64,000 nucleotides of DNA from Phoronis australis (Eukaryota; Animalia; Phoronida): contig NMRA01000504.1 in NCBI GenBank assembly GCA_002633005.1, forward strand, positions 211,571 to 275,570, in the 5' to 3' direction. A program made the translations under genes and the position numbers. Shown piece by piece: positions 40,001 through 55,000 of this stretch. The notes below the pieces were generated by a model, which made no database searches, had not been told where the DNA came from, and saw nothing but the letters and a program-made list of their open reading frames with translations. How positions within the stretch are numbered: the stretch's first letter is position 1; the number at the start of each line of letters is the position of its first letter.

Positions 40001-43000
40001 CTCTGTGCCTATGAGGATGTTCTTGAAGGAATTGATCTTAGAAGGGGGGTGGTGGGGGTAACGGCTTACCTAGTTCTCTCTTGTCTTTCTCCGACTCCTC
40101 TAATCTCAGTTGAAGATCCTCCACACACTCGTCATTGTCACTAGTACTATGACTGTTGTTGCGATGCACTACTGGCCACTTGACTGTAAGTGGAAGTTAA
40201 GTGTCAGAATACTATGACTGTTGTTGCGATGCACTACTGGCCACTTGACTGTAAGTGGAAGTTAAGTGTCAGAATACTATGACTGTTGTTGCGATGCACT
40301 ACTGGCCACTTGACTGTAAGTGGAAGTTAAGTGTCAGAAACAACTTAAGTTAAGTAGCCATAGCTAACACGGTGTGATCTCGAGGTTAACACGGTTTCAA
40401 ATGGCCGTTGCATTCCAATTTCAAAATTGAAGCGATTCACAAACTTGAAGTCCACCTTGCCAACTGCACTCGGCCTGACTGTTTACAACCAGAAACAGAA
40501 TAGTTGCCATAGATATCTGAAATGCTGACAGTTTGACTACATCGCGGAGAGCAAGTTTTGATTTTGTAGTGAAGCAGGAATAATAGAACTGTTACCTTTA
40601 TTTTTCAGCTGTCGTTTTAGGCTGTCCACTTCAAAAATTGTTGTACTTAACTCCTCGTCAATGTCGCGTAAAAACTAAAGAAACATAAAAATGATACGTG
40701 CATACATTAAAGATGGAAGAAATAACATGCACTCCTGGCTGTCAACACTTCTCCAAGCTTAAGCCCACAATTCCTTAGTAGCATTCACTCCCAACTCAGG
40801 CACTCATGCTCATGGTCTGCCAGTCAACGACCCTCACAGTTACCAATTCTAACCACAGCACAGTGCCGTCCAACACATTTCAAAGTCTATTGGCTAAAAA
40901 TACTTGTAACAGCTCGTCTATTCAACAAGAAATGCACAAAATTCAGGTGAACAATAGCCAGGCTATAGGAATGGACATTTGACTGTTTACTATGTGTGAC
41001 TCACCTTTGGCTTTGCAAGAAGTTTGCCAACAACAGTGAAGAGGCAGGTAAATCCCACTGGCGTACTTACTGCAACAGTAAGAATAGTCACATTAATTAC
41101 AAAGAGGTAAAAAAACACACTTTATACTTCATCCTACATGTTTTTCTTGTGATGTAGACTATTGACTTGGGAGATTCTTTCGACACCCATATGGATGAAA
41201 CTGCTTTGTATACAGGGATTTTGTGGCCTGCAGGTCACCAATACGATCTAAGAGTCTGTTTGGCAACCTAGTAAAAATCCAAGGTTGCCACGGAGTTGCC
41301 ACACACACACATCACAGAACTGCAGAAAGTAAACAGATGGAAGTCGGAGTCATGCAGCAAAAACTGCTAACTCATCTGTGCAAGACTCACAACCAGACCC
41401 GATCACCTGCTTCTGCCATAGGCCGTGAGCCTGCTATTGGACCCGAGGGGGGAGAAAGGATGTTACCGACCATGCAAGACGCACCCAATTCTCCATTCCA
41501 CTAAAACAAAGAAACGCTGTCAAGGTAACCTTGCGTGCACCAGATTTGATGACATTTGTCAGTTGTTCAGTTCATATTCATCTCATGAATCGTTGGTAGG
41601 TGCCAGAATTTTTGCAAATCCCTATGGGAGGTTTTCTTATTTTGGTTAACACAGTTACCTTTAGCAACCTGGGAATTTTGCCATCTCACATTTGGGCAGT
41701 CCAACTTATGCTAAGTGCCAGACCCTCATATACTAAGCAGCAGCAGTTGTCAAAAATTGCTAAGGTGTACTTTCCACAAAACTGTGCATCTGACACAAAG
41801 ACGATGGGGTGAGATTTTGACAAAAAGTACTCATATGATAGAATGACTATTAAACATTTGAAACCAAATTTCAGGAAACTGGAAATGTAGAAAATATCAA
41901 AAGTTACAGTAGTCGATCTGTTTTAACCAAACTTCCAGCACTATTGGGACTTTGTGGGGATTTACCATCAGTGATAAAATTGCCTTGCTGTGTTACAAGA
42001 AGTTGGCATTTTGAGGTCACAAGTTACAAGGATTCTCCACAGAGACCTTTTGCAGAATGACAGCATTTTGTTGGAATATCAGTCACGGGAATGAAAACAA
42101 CTCTGGCTTGTTGGATTTGAAAAGGAAAGGGTCAGCCCAGAGGGTAGAGTTCTGGCTGAAAGAGGTAGACAACTGCGACCACTTTGTATTTGCTAAACCT
42201 CCATTCTCCAGACATTTGGCCACCAGACATTCAATTTTCCTTCTACTGTTTGTACCTAAATTTTGCATGAATTCTTTTTCACCAGAAGCACTGATATTGT
42301 GGAAAGTAGATCTTGATGATTTTTGCCTACATCGTCAAAAATATCAGAAAATGTACTCAGAAAACACAAGTTTAGGAAGAAATGTAAAACAGGGTGCGTC
42401 TTGTACCACCCTCTCAATCATTAACTGCTAAATTAAATTTTAATGGTTATAAATCCACCTTTGGCGGTGAGGAAACTAATTTTTCATTAAGACGATTTAC
42501 CGCAACAAAATAATTCTCGGCTCATACCTCTCTAAGATAAGTCATTATTTCCCAGCTACGGAAGAAATGACAGTTAGGATGTGCTTAAGACCATGTTTGA
42601 CATATAACATGACCCATCAGGACAAACCAACTTTATGAGTCTGATCTCGAACAATAGTGAACTGTCAGTTTTTTCAAAGTCCAAGAATCATCTCCAATGT
42701 GAAAAAAACACAATGTTTAGACCAGATTCATAATTGTACATCCCTTAAATCAAAAGTTGTTATTTGACGGAGAGTGGGTTTTAAGCTTCTTTATCTTTTA
42801 ATTCTTAAAATCACATATCACTGTTCAGTAATGCTTTACAGATTCTTTACTTAGCATTTACAAAAACTCACAAAAAGCCTTATCACCAGGGTTTGGGATG
42901 ACCAATGACAAAAAACGCGGAAACTTTTACGGCCCAAATCATGCCCGATAACCAGCCTTGGTCAATGTGAACCTTCCCCCGACAAAAATCGAGAGGACTA

Positions 43001-46000
43001 AAAAAAAAAAAAATTACCACCATCAGTAGCATGCATGCGTCTGCATCCTTTTAGGTCGCCCGTGCACTCCCGACCCACACATTTTTGGCTGCAGAGCGGT
43101 AGTATTTGTCCTTGCGCTTAACAATAACACGAGACGCCATTGAAAATCCCACCACGCTGTCCCAGATGCCCCGGCAATGTTGACAATTTACGTTCCTCCG
43201 AAACATAAAGAGCAACTTCCACTTTTCGAGGTGAACGTCGTCTGCAACGCCGCAGTAAGAAAGGAATTTGCCGCGGAAGTTTTATATCAAATCTGATTTT
43301 TTTACGCGGAAATATTATAAAAAAAAGCGGAAAGCACATTTGAAAAAAGCGGAAATCCGCGTTTCCGCGGAAAATTACAAGCCCTGTATCACAGACCATC
43401 TACTCCTCCACTGAAAAAAATACTTCCAAAAATGTTGACTTGTTTGAACTCTCTACAGATGACTTCCACTAACATTTTTTAAAAACTTGAAAAAGGTAAA
43501 CTGACTGTAACCTCTTCCTCCCAATGTATGTTGGAAGGCAATATTATACAATTATTGACTTTCACCGAGATCAATAAGTTGGTTTTCAGATTGCAAAAAT
43601 ACGAGTCTTTATCACATCTTTGGGGGTCTGTAAACCAACATATTGACCGAGTATGAGAGTCAATAATTGTAATACATGATTACATCAGTTCTGCTAAGAA
43701 ATTCAAGGACGGCTTTTTATCATAAGAGTGATGTCAGATTCTGGACGAAATCGAAAGGCGTGGATTTTTGAGTTCAGAGAGGTGGTGGTGGTGGGACAGG
43801 GATAATGTCGTGGCTCATGAAATGAAAAATTTTCAGATGCCCATTACTACATTGCTGCAAGTATTTTTGGTGACAGCTTTAAAGCACCCCTGAAAATTTA
43901 TTTGTCGGTGTTAAAAAACTTGGCAAAACAGAATTTCTGTAATGTGCAATATCGAGTGACAGACTGGAGAAAGGTGACCATAACAAAACTGAGCTGTGGC
44001 AAGAAATTACATATTAACTCCACACGGTATGCGCAGGGCATGAACATGTGGAATTTCAGCAACAAACTTCTGATTCAGAATAAGGCTGCCTGGCTACTGC
44101 TTACTTACTGAGCAAAAGTAGAACTCCAAACAGAGACACACATGAGTAAAGAAAAGGAATGTAGATGCTCCACATATCTGCAAAACAAATAAAAAACACA
44201 TTGCAGCACAGGGAATCTGATAAGACAAGAGGCTAGTCTGAAACTAAAATGCTAAAAAGCTCCTCCGCTCTCAACCTAGATGCTGTTAGGTTATCATGCA
44301 CAAACAGTCGTTAAGTACATGTAGGTGCAGAGTTATCACATTGCAAGCTACAAGCAATTCGACTGTGATGTGAATGTAAATTGTATTTGCAAGCAAATTG
44401 ATGAGTAGTCAATGACAAGACCAAACTATTGTAGAATAGTGTTTTCAACGTTATTTTTAACCTCCTGATCAATTGTGTCACATTTTGTCACGACAAAAAG
44501 CTACTTTGAATTTCTCTTGCTCTTAGTTGTCACTAGAGGAAGTGCCTGTCATTTTGTTCTAAACAAATATTTTTGACATGATCTGCAGTTATGACATAAT
44601 AACCAAATCAATTTGTCAGGTATTTGTAAACAAGTAACACCTAATGCCACACTGCAGTGACCTCTTAACATAGGACAGTGAACATTAGGTCATTTAACTT
44701 AAAAGTTAAATGACCTAAGGTAAAATGTGTACTATCCTTGGCCTTTATCTGAAAACACCAATAGCAGAGAAAGATATCTTAAAACATCACAAGGTCAAGT
44801 GCTATCCTATCACAACATTTTAAATATCAATGTAAATCAACACTCTGGAAGCACCTCAAGATATCACTGCTTTTAATCATACTGCAATAACCACTCTACA
44901 ACTGACGACCAAAACGACTGCCAGATATGCAATTTCTCATATTCGCAGGCTTTTGACATTGCTGCAAGTGCACAAACACGTCATTTGACAAAGTTTAACA
45001 TTTATGCACTGCAATCACGATAAATACAGAGTACACGTAGCGTTTTCCATAACACTATTCAATTTCCAATGAACAAAATTATTCAACCTTTTGGTCGCAT
45101 ATTTTTTGCTACGGTTGATTCAAATCAATTTAGGTCATTTTACCAAGCCCAAATGTTGAAAAAGTAAAACCATTTTGAGAATAGCAATTGCCTTGTCTCC
45201 CCACTACAACAGACCAAACCCCCTGAACTTCATTCAATTGTCATGTTGAAAGCCAATAATACTTAGCCACTTACCAAGCAGCAGGTCCCAACTCCTTTGG
45301 TCGGAGCCAATGAAGGCCAACATGAGCCAGGCTATGCCACAGACAAGAACGCCTAGCAGGAAGAGCACCAGAAGGGTCTCGCACACTCTGGCCCGGATAC
45401 CCTAACAAACAACAGGGGAACCTAGTTATGACATTTCTAGAATCTAATAGCACCAACCTCTAGCTTTTATTTACATTGGCATCACCTTCTAGTCGGCCAT
45501 TCCTTCAGCCGTCTTGAGAACAAGCACGGACATGTGTTACGCTATGGTGGTCAATGAAGAGCATTTTAGTATTTTTCCTTAGAGTGACATGGGATTTAAA
45601 CGTCTCAGTTCTCAGTCCAACAGTCTCCCCAATGAGTCACCAGCTCTGACTGAATTTCATTATACAGTACTGACGTCTTGGTAAGGAGGGTAGAGGGTAG
45701 CCAGATGTCGCTTGACTGCTTCCTAAGCTGTCTGAAGAAATTACCTTGAAGTTTCATGTACACTGACTGCCTTGGTATTCCATTTAGACTAAACGGTTTC
45801 ATTGTCAATTGTGCTAATTCCTTATCAGGTATTGACTTTTGTATACTGCATTTTTAATCTCGTATTCTGCAATCCTGGTTTCCATTGACCTCAGTGTTTC
45901 ACCAACATATGATTCAGTACATTCACAAGGGATTTCATATATGACATTCTTTCTTTTCCCCACGTCAGTTTTTGGCGCTCACCATTGAGCAGCATGAGTG

Positions 46001-49000
46001 TACCACATACCCCTTCTTCTAAGAACACTGTAACACCTGAAGATGGCAGTAGAGGTGACCAACCATAATGTCGTGGCAATATAAATAGGCTAGACGTTTG
46101 TGTAATAAACTCAGACTTTACATCACTTTACTACAAAACAGCCTTTGGTAACCACCCAGTTATAGCTAAGACGGTTACACGAATATTACTATGAATCCGG
46201 TTTGCGTTATTGCAAGAAACGACAACATAAAATTGATGAAAATGAGACCGCAGACCACACGAAGACTAATACTCACTAATACTCGATGGGGGAGGTCATA
46301 CCAACAAATGAGTGTACAATTTTTCATAGAATGGACTTAAGGAAATTAATGCCAATTTTAGGTTTCTGATTCGTAATTAAGAACCTCAGCAATGCAGGCT
46401 TAATACAAAATGAAAATATGCAAAATTAAGGGATAAGCAGGCGAGGATGCAATTTGCATCAGCTCTGCAGTGCATTGTCAACAATTAAACTGTGAAAAAC
46501 TTGCTTAACATTTTACAAAGAAACACAGTTGGGGTTACTGTTTTGCTTTTGACAAATTAATGCACATTACAAACCAAAAATAATCAGACAAAATGAAACG
46601 GAATATCTAGTCTGGCTGCCAGGCGGAGGTGGAATCCATCGTCATGACAGCCATCCATCATGACCGGGATTAACAGGGAATTTACCACTAAAAACTTGAA
46701 GACTAGAAATGTTATTCTCTTACCATGACAACTTATCGCTTGTTATCTCTGGTTGTTACCAGAATTAGCAGCATTATGCAGAAACTGTATTTTGCCCAAA
46801 TACTTTTGACATGTATGAACAGTGTAATAGATACATCGAGAATGACTTCGGCCTGGTGTATGGATTCAAGAAAATCAAAGTCTTCAATCGGATTATGTGC
46901 TATCAACAGAGCACTGACACAAAGACTGTCTTACCTTCTTTGAGCCTGGAAGTCCCTCGGACTCTGTGAAGAAATAGGCGAACGGCATGAGGATGAAGAG
47001 GGCCAGGTTGGAGAAAAGGAACACGTGATTCCATAGACCTGGATAACAGAGGGCAGCACCTGATCAAAACCTTCAGAAAGTGAGACGAAGTAATTCAACG
47101 CATGAGTCGCTCATTTTGTTTTGTAGACAGATAGTAAGCCAGTGGTTAAAGCAGTCATCTTGAATAAACAGCTGACGGTCGTCTAAACATTGAAGTCTTG
47201 AAACAAAATGATAAACACACATATCATCACAATTTTACTAACATCACAGCCACAAAGGATAACCAACTACTGACAGTTAGATTGAGGGAACATAGAGACT
47301 GACCGTGAATCAAGGAACTGTTGAGCCATTGGACGTAATAACTATTAGGGTAAAGGCGGAGAACCTCGTTACTGATGACTGAGAGCGGGATGAGAAGTAC
47401 CGCTGCTGCTGAACTGGCCCCGGTGAACGTACACAGACCAGTCCTAAAGGGGAGAGGACAATGTATTAGGACAATGCATATCTGGGCCCAGTTATACAGT
47501 GTATAANATACAAAGCCTCAGATAAGGCACAATGTTTCTTTGCAACCACACCACAAACTCATTTTCGTGTACGCAACAATTCATTTGTAACCTAGCACGA
47601 ATAATATTTTCTCATAAGAAAAAAAATTTTCAACAAACGAAAAACCAGCATGCGCCAAGCACGATATGATGAAAAACAGAATATCCTACCGACCCATCCA
47701 ATTCTCAAGACAGGAAGTGAGGGGAGGAGAACAAAAATTAGTTATTAGGACAGCGCGCTGACGCCAATACGTATAAATGAAAATAGATGACACTAGTGCG
47801 CATGCACAAGTTTCAGAGACTCATAGGAAGTCAGTACTTTGCTTTTAAAGTCAAGGAGATACAAAGCTACTAGTCATCATATTATACATGGACTAATCAA
47901 TTAACACCTGATGCAAACCAACAGTATGGGCAGTTCACTTGAAACTTAAAAATTAAATTCTGCGAGACCACCAGATTTTGACATGTTGACTTCAGGTTTT
48001 GAACCCATCCCAGTCCAATAGGTGTGTGAAAACTGAGTTACATGACTAAAGGCTGGTACCTGTTTACTTCTAGACTTACAAATTCCTACACGTAAATTTA
48101 ATTTCTCAAGGCACTCTTTGTGTTGAAACAAAAGTAATGAAAGAAATGATAACATGCTCAAAATTTAACTTGAATGAAGAGATGTCATAAACACCATGCA
48201 TAATATTGTCACAACCAAATCTACATGTCAGCCATACATGTGAAATCAAGGCTAATCTTCAATCAAACTTGCAGAATATTTGTACACTGATCATTGCAAA
48301 ACGTAACCCACTTTTAAAGACAGTACAACTCACACAGTCCTGTAAACGATGGCATCTTCGTCATCTGAAAAAGAACGGAATCATTATGTATTCAGAATAA
48401 ATTAATGCTTGTAAATGAATAAATGCCTGTCTCTGCCCAAACAACAGCCATGTTCCAAGTTCAATTTTCCTCTTAAGCAGAGGTAGAAAAACGCCTGACA
48501 TGACGGACCTCAATTTCAAACCTTCTGGATGCTAATACACAATATATTGTACCTCTCTGACTTGCCAATTTCTTTCTTTTCAGCACAGCAACTCACTGGC
48601 ATTAAAATGATAAACGACTAATTACAGTTAGAAAGCAAAATAGTCATGAGAAAGACAACAGTGAACAATAATGAGAAGTGACCAACAGATGCAAAGCATT
48701 ATGGGTAAACAACTAATTGTGGTATATCGGTATGAGATCAGCGAAACTAAAGATTCTAGAGCTCTTTTTACACGGAGAACAGTCGTCATGATGCAAGTTC
48801 AAGCGAAAGTCCAAACCACGTGGAATGCTAGCGGATCACTCGTATATATGCTATTGCACAAAACAGGGATGATCCTTACACTTTGCACCAATTGGTGTTT
48901 AGTTGTGTAGTAGACACTGGAGCAATTGATGAGGTGCAATTGGCTTTGGCTCTACCTATCAAACCGGTGTCAAAAATGACCGCTAGTGTCACTTGCTCCG

Positions 49001-52000
49001 TGTCAGTCGTCTTTACACACAAACTTGTGCCCGATCAGCTGTTCCACGTTAGTTGCTCCGTGACAACTGTCTCCTGTATAAATGCGGCTTAGAAAATGGA
49101 AAAAAACCATCAAGCAGAACTTCCACTAAGCGATGTAGCTATCGCAACTGAGCCAAAATTTTATACATTCTTTGAAACAAATCTATTGAATGTTTTGACA
49201 GAATAGTGAAAATTGCCCATGTCTGATTTTGTAAAAAGCTCAAAATGTCCAAAATGAAGAAAGTCATTTAAAGTTTAAAAATGATTTTAATTAAATCACA
49301 CATAACACCATATTAAAATGAGGATTTCTTGTGGTACTATGAAACCTTTAGACACTTTAAACATTTCATAGGGTCAACTAGTGTAGTTTCAACATAGAAC
49401 ATAAACAGCACACTGTGATGTCATTGGTCCAAAGGTCTCACAATCCGAAAAAGAAAACCAAAATCCATTTGGCTGTAAGGTTACGAGAACTGCACCAGAG
49501 CGTCTAACACATTGAATTTGTGTGAAACTAATACCTGAACAGTAGTCATCTCTGTCACCTTTCTTTCTGAAGGCACATATTGTGGCGTAGGACACTACGA
49601 AGAGCAGGATGAAAAGTATACCAAATATCTGAAACAAGCACAATAACTACAACACAGTCGTCACAAGCAGTAGCAACTTTGTTAGGCAATTCCTCATCAA
49701 GTAGTTTGTGAATCCTGAATTTAACTTAGCAGGTGACTATTTTTAGGAATAGCCAGCTTGAAAAATTAGTAAAATGTTATAACTTTCAAAAAATGATAAT
49801 TGCCACACCTTCCCACAATTTGTCTGGTGGCTCTTGGGGTGTAAAGATCAAAATGGATAGCATTACTATACATCTACATATCATTTATGGAAGTGAGAAT
49901 AATAAAAAATTACATGTCTGCCATATTGAGCCCTTAACTATGTTAGATTTTAGCATAGCTAAATAACATTCTGTACAATACAACCTGGTATACAAGGCCA
50001 TGGCCTTAGATGGCGAAATAAAGAAATTTTGGAAATAGCGCAACTTCTTCAAATATACTTAAGGATATATTCATATATAAAACCAAACCGTTTCGTCTTG
50101 TATAAGGTCAATCATCATCATATTTCTAGTGTTTTTTACCATTTTACCAATCAGTTTTGACCGAAAGGTTAGGTAATGTCACATTTAACTAAATATTGAA
50201 TAGCTAAAAAGCATTTTCTATGAAAAAAATTAAATGAAGAGAAATACAATGCTCAAATAAGGAGGAGGTCGTTCTATCAAGTATAACAGGGCATAACAGG
50301 TCAACACATTCAAAGATATCCCAAAGGTTTGAATGTTACTATGGCCAACAAATATGGTAATTATATGGAACAACAAATTATTGGAAAATATGAAAATAAT
50401 ACTCTAATTAAAGAACCTTTTCGCTCACATAAAAAACTAATCAACAATGAAAGGCATAGAAAAGGAACATTTAAAGCAAAAAGGATAGTCAACTATCTCA
50501 CCAAAGACTTGTGAAAAGATTTAGTACATATGCACCCAAATCACTAGAATTCATTTATCAGCAAATCAAGGGTAGTGCACTGCTCAGATTACAGGTATCC
50601 AGGCTATCACTAAGATTTGTTGAAAGAATGTGAGTGAATGGATCAAGGCATTCTGCAAATCTAGCAACCAAACATATGCTTAACCTGCGAAAAACTTTAA
50701 TTTTCAAAACTCTAAATGCTGAAGTAGGAATCTACATACAAGAATTAGAATACATCAAAAAGGTCTAACATTAATGTTGTGTTTTAAAAATTAAGACACA
50801 AATATTACTTGATGACAAATATGTTCCCTCTTTCAAAATTTATTATGTGGTAACTGACCATGCTAATTAAAACACACACAAAATTGTGTGCAATGGCGTT
50901 CACCTTGGCATACCACATGGATAAAGGAAGTTCACTTTGCATTTTATACAAACAAAAATAACAGCATCACAAATTAAAGTTCACAAGATTAGTACACAAG
51001 ATACCCAAGTACTTCATCTTGAGGAAAGATTGGGAAACCTGAAACCTGGCAGGGCACCAGGTCAACGTGATAAGTCCTTGGTGCCCTTGACCATCAGCTA
51101 CATATCAATGATTATCAGTGGAGAAAGCCATGTCCAGAGGCAAGGTGTAGCTATTTGACCATTGGACGATTTTAAAAAAATCGGGCTTCATTGCTTTTCT
51201 GTCTTGTCCAAAAACATCCCTGGCATCAATTGGATAGCAAGAAATATGTACTAAACAAATATATGGCAAAACAAAAAAACAGCTGGGGCGAGTGCAAGGC
51301 TTCTAAAACAATCTCTGGTGGAGTTTTGCAAGATTTGACAGAAGGGTTAAATGGAACTGAGTGTAAGATTCACCAAGGCCATAATCCTATACAATCTTGG
51401 CTGTTATATACATGATTATTGCATAACAGACAGTAAGATTCACCAACAGCAGAAGGTGAAAGTTCAAGGCAGTGTTATGCAACTCTTAAGTCAACCAGGC
51501 CCCCCAAGAACACCACTCCAGGAATTATTACCAGTTAATATGGCAGCTGGTCCCTTGAAACTATAAATAGACAAAGTGACTGGACTGACCTTACACTGAC
51601 ACTATTTAATCACAACAGAAAATCCTTATCACATTCTCACCTTTAATAGCAGCATAACCATGTCATAGAACTTTGGCACAAAGACGCATGCTAAGTGGCA
51701 CAAACATGTTTTTTGTTAAACAAACATGAAATTTTCATTCAGATGCCCTTTTGAAACTAGTCTTAACTTGCTCCTTACTCAAACAAAAGTTGACTTTTAG
51801 GCTTGGACAGAACTGAAGTTTCTCCCTATTTTTTAGACCTGGCACAGCATTAGTTAGTTCATCTGGTAGGCCACCCAGTGCACTGAGTATAACCTCAAGT
51901 AACAACACATACGACATCTTATCATAAAGCAGATCAGCCGTTTAAAAAGGCACCCTATCAGCTGTCACGTGACTTACCAGTAATAAGCTATAAGTTATCG

Positions 52001-55000
52001 TGAAAATGTATTCTTGTCAATCATGTGCAATCACCATGGGCGGAATAGCAAACTGAAAGTCACGTCATTGGAAAGTGCCTTCTCGTGGCAATATGGCAGA
52101 TCTGTCGTCAGAATTGGGAATGGAGAATAAAAAAGCAGAGCAGATGTCTGACAAGCGTACATATGAGAATCTTTTAGATCAGACATCTGATCTGCCTTCT
52201 GATAAGACAGCGACCACAAACATGACATCAGAAATACAAGTATTTTTAATAAAATATAGTTTATGTTACTTGCATACCACAGAAAGTAATTAATAGAATT
52301 TTTGAATAACCCATCAGATTTTCTAAAGAAAAAAACAGTTACCGAAAATTCACCCATGGATGTCCTGTTGGGCATGTTTTTGGAAGTTCCCGGTAGCAAA
52401 GACGCCAACACTTTTAGTTAACTCGAACCGCAAGCAAAGCTCCAGTAAAACTAACTCTCGTAAGCGCGGCATTTTAGCAACAAATGCTAGAGTGCTAGAG
52501 CAAATTGTCAGCATTAGAGCCAGTATGTGAGGTCAACACATCTACATTATATTCTTATAAATCTGAGAACAATTACAATAGGGCCATCCCGGATTAAACA
52601 GCAACACTCGAATCTTGCTGTATACCCACAATGCCGTAAACATCTGTCAGGCACATTTGCTGCCTCGTTTTTGTGCTATTGACATTTCCAATGTTATTTA
52701 TTGTTATCTGATTCTTTACAAGTTTTTCTCGGTTGTGTTACTCTATTCGTCCTTCCAATGCTAATGAAGTATTAGTGTGCTGTGGGCTGCAACTCTGACG
52801 TTAGAAAGTTTGGTAAACTGGATGCATGATGTGAAATTCTTCGCCATCTCGACATCAGTGAGTGACACACAAATGCACCCGATTTCCAAAACCAGGTCAC
52901 GCACTTTTTATCTCGAGGACAAAGGAGAGTTCGATCCACCTGTAATCCTTATTCATGTACCGTAGTAACACCCACTCAATTCTTATCTGATGAACTATTT
53001 TTCAACCAACATGAACAGAACAATCCTCAAAGTACTGTAATTTATCATTTTATAATATGAGCGACAAAGACAATACACAGTGATGCACTGGGTACATACC
53101 ATATCACATAACAAAAATGCATTTTACATTCTTCACAATCAAATAGACCATGTCACTAAAGCAAGGACTGCCTGTCTATCCACACCAGGCTCCAGTTCAG
53201 GCTATCAATGTCACATTTTTAGAAGATAAATGTTGCCAAAGTCCTGGCCCAAAGTTCTGCAAAGTGTAGTCAACACCCTTGCCTACGGTTACTGGGTGAA
53301 CTGAGGACTCCACTCCGCACACCACTGATAACCGATAATTATGAGTCCGGATACCATCCCGGTATAGTATTTTTAGGACCCATTAAATAAAATGTTAAAC
53401 GGAGTTCATGAAGTCACGTGTCCAATTATCTTAATAGAATTTTGCCTACACACGTTAAACATGCAGATAAAATGTCAAACAGGGCAGTCCACATACTGAA
53501 TCCTATGGGAAATTCCATGGAAAGGTAAACACAGACAAAAAAGTTAAAAGGTGACAACATTGATATTCCTGATCACCTCTGAAAGCCCGGACTCTCTTGT
53601 TTCAGGGCTCATATTTGAAATTCCTATAGCTTTTGATTTTTTCCTAAACCAACCCATTTTTGGAGATCACTTGACCTTAAAAAATTACCCCAATTTTCAT
53701 GTGTCTTGCTAACTATTTTCATAAATTAGCTATTTCTCTAAATTATCAAATTTGGGCAATCACAAGAAGCCTTAACTTTCTAAGAAATATCATTTGACCA
53801 GTAGCGCATCGTCGACCTCTTGGGGTCAAAGGCCAACTCCTGGATATCAAGGTGCCATACATCTGTCACAAAAAAATTCTAAAAAGTTTTGTCAACTCAA
53901 GAGTTTAAAAAAATAAAGTAATTTCAGATTCTCTTTTAACATGTTTCTCAATACTATTAACCTAAATTTTAGATCCCAGGGATTATTCGTTAACTCAGAA
54001 ATCGCGTGACAGATGTACGGAAAATTTGTACATCCGTCAGCCATGAAATTACAAATTTTCAGCCAATAAAAATAACCTCATATCTTATTTTAACTTTCTA
54101 TACTTGCAGGAGATGGAATTTGTCTCACACCTAAGAACCTAAAACGATTTAATGTTACAAATACAGCCATAAAACCAAGAATAGAAGTTGCTCGGAATTT
54201 AAACTAGACGCATTGGACTTTTTCACTTTCAAAAATATTTGCTGTAAAGTTATACATTGATACTTTACGGTGTCATCTAGTTATTCTTAGGGCAATTTAA
54301 CATGTTAAAATTAGACAGTTGAACCACATCATGGAATGTAAATAAAACAAATTCACAGCATTGGATTTCCTGGGGGGTGATGATTACATGCACAACCTCA
54401 ATCGGTGTATTTTGATTAAAAAAACATTGAATCAGTAGCAAAAGACCATTATAGCCTAAATATTTTGAATTGATATCTTGGCCACAACAAACAATTTAAT
54501 ACTAGGATTTCAGAGCGTAGTCCGTCACGTACGTCCATCACACCAACTAATCTTACATAGAGTTGTCTAACAAAAATTTCTTCATTTGATAGAAGATTAT
54601 CATAAAAAATAGTATGTTGTACTCCATAAACATTCCACTAATCATGATATATAACAAAAAATTGTAACTGAATGCAACTCACAGAAAATTAATGTTAATT
54701 TTTTTTCAAAAATGCAAATTCTCTGCATATGTCCGTCACACCCACTTAAAGGCAATTTCCTCAGTCAGATAAAAAATAAATGTTTATACTGAACGCTATC
54801 AATGAGATCTAACAATTGATGTATTACTTATTTTCCTATGATGAAAACTTTTCACAATTGCTCAAAATGTTTCATGATAGTATGTCTGTCACAAGTGGAA
54901 ATGACCCGATGCAAATGTAAATAAACTAAAATTGCCTATAGGCACAGCAGTGGTCAGATCCATCTGAAAATTCTATCATGGCGTTCCATCCATGAAAGGA

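Noticed and set aside
40145-40339. Regular repeats (also 31122-31205) as a CRISPR array
   Set aside because: Units are head-to-tail with no unique spacers, there are no cas genes, and the context is a eukaryotic intron.
53840-54910. DNA transposon with recurrent (C/T)GTCAC subterminal motifs ending GGAAATGACCC
   Set aside because: Looks like one end of an element, but I could not find a matching opposite TIR or TSD, so boundaries are unsupported.
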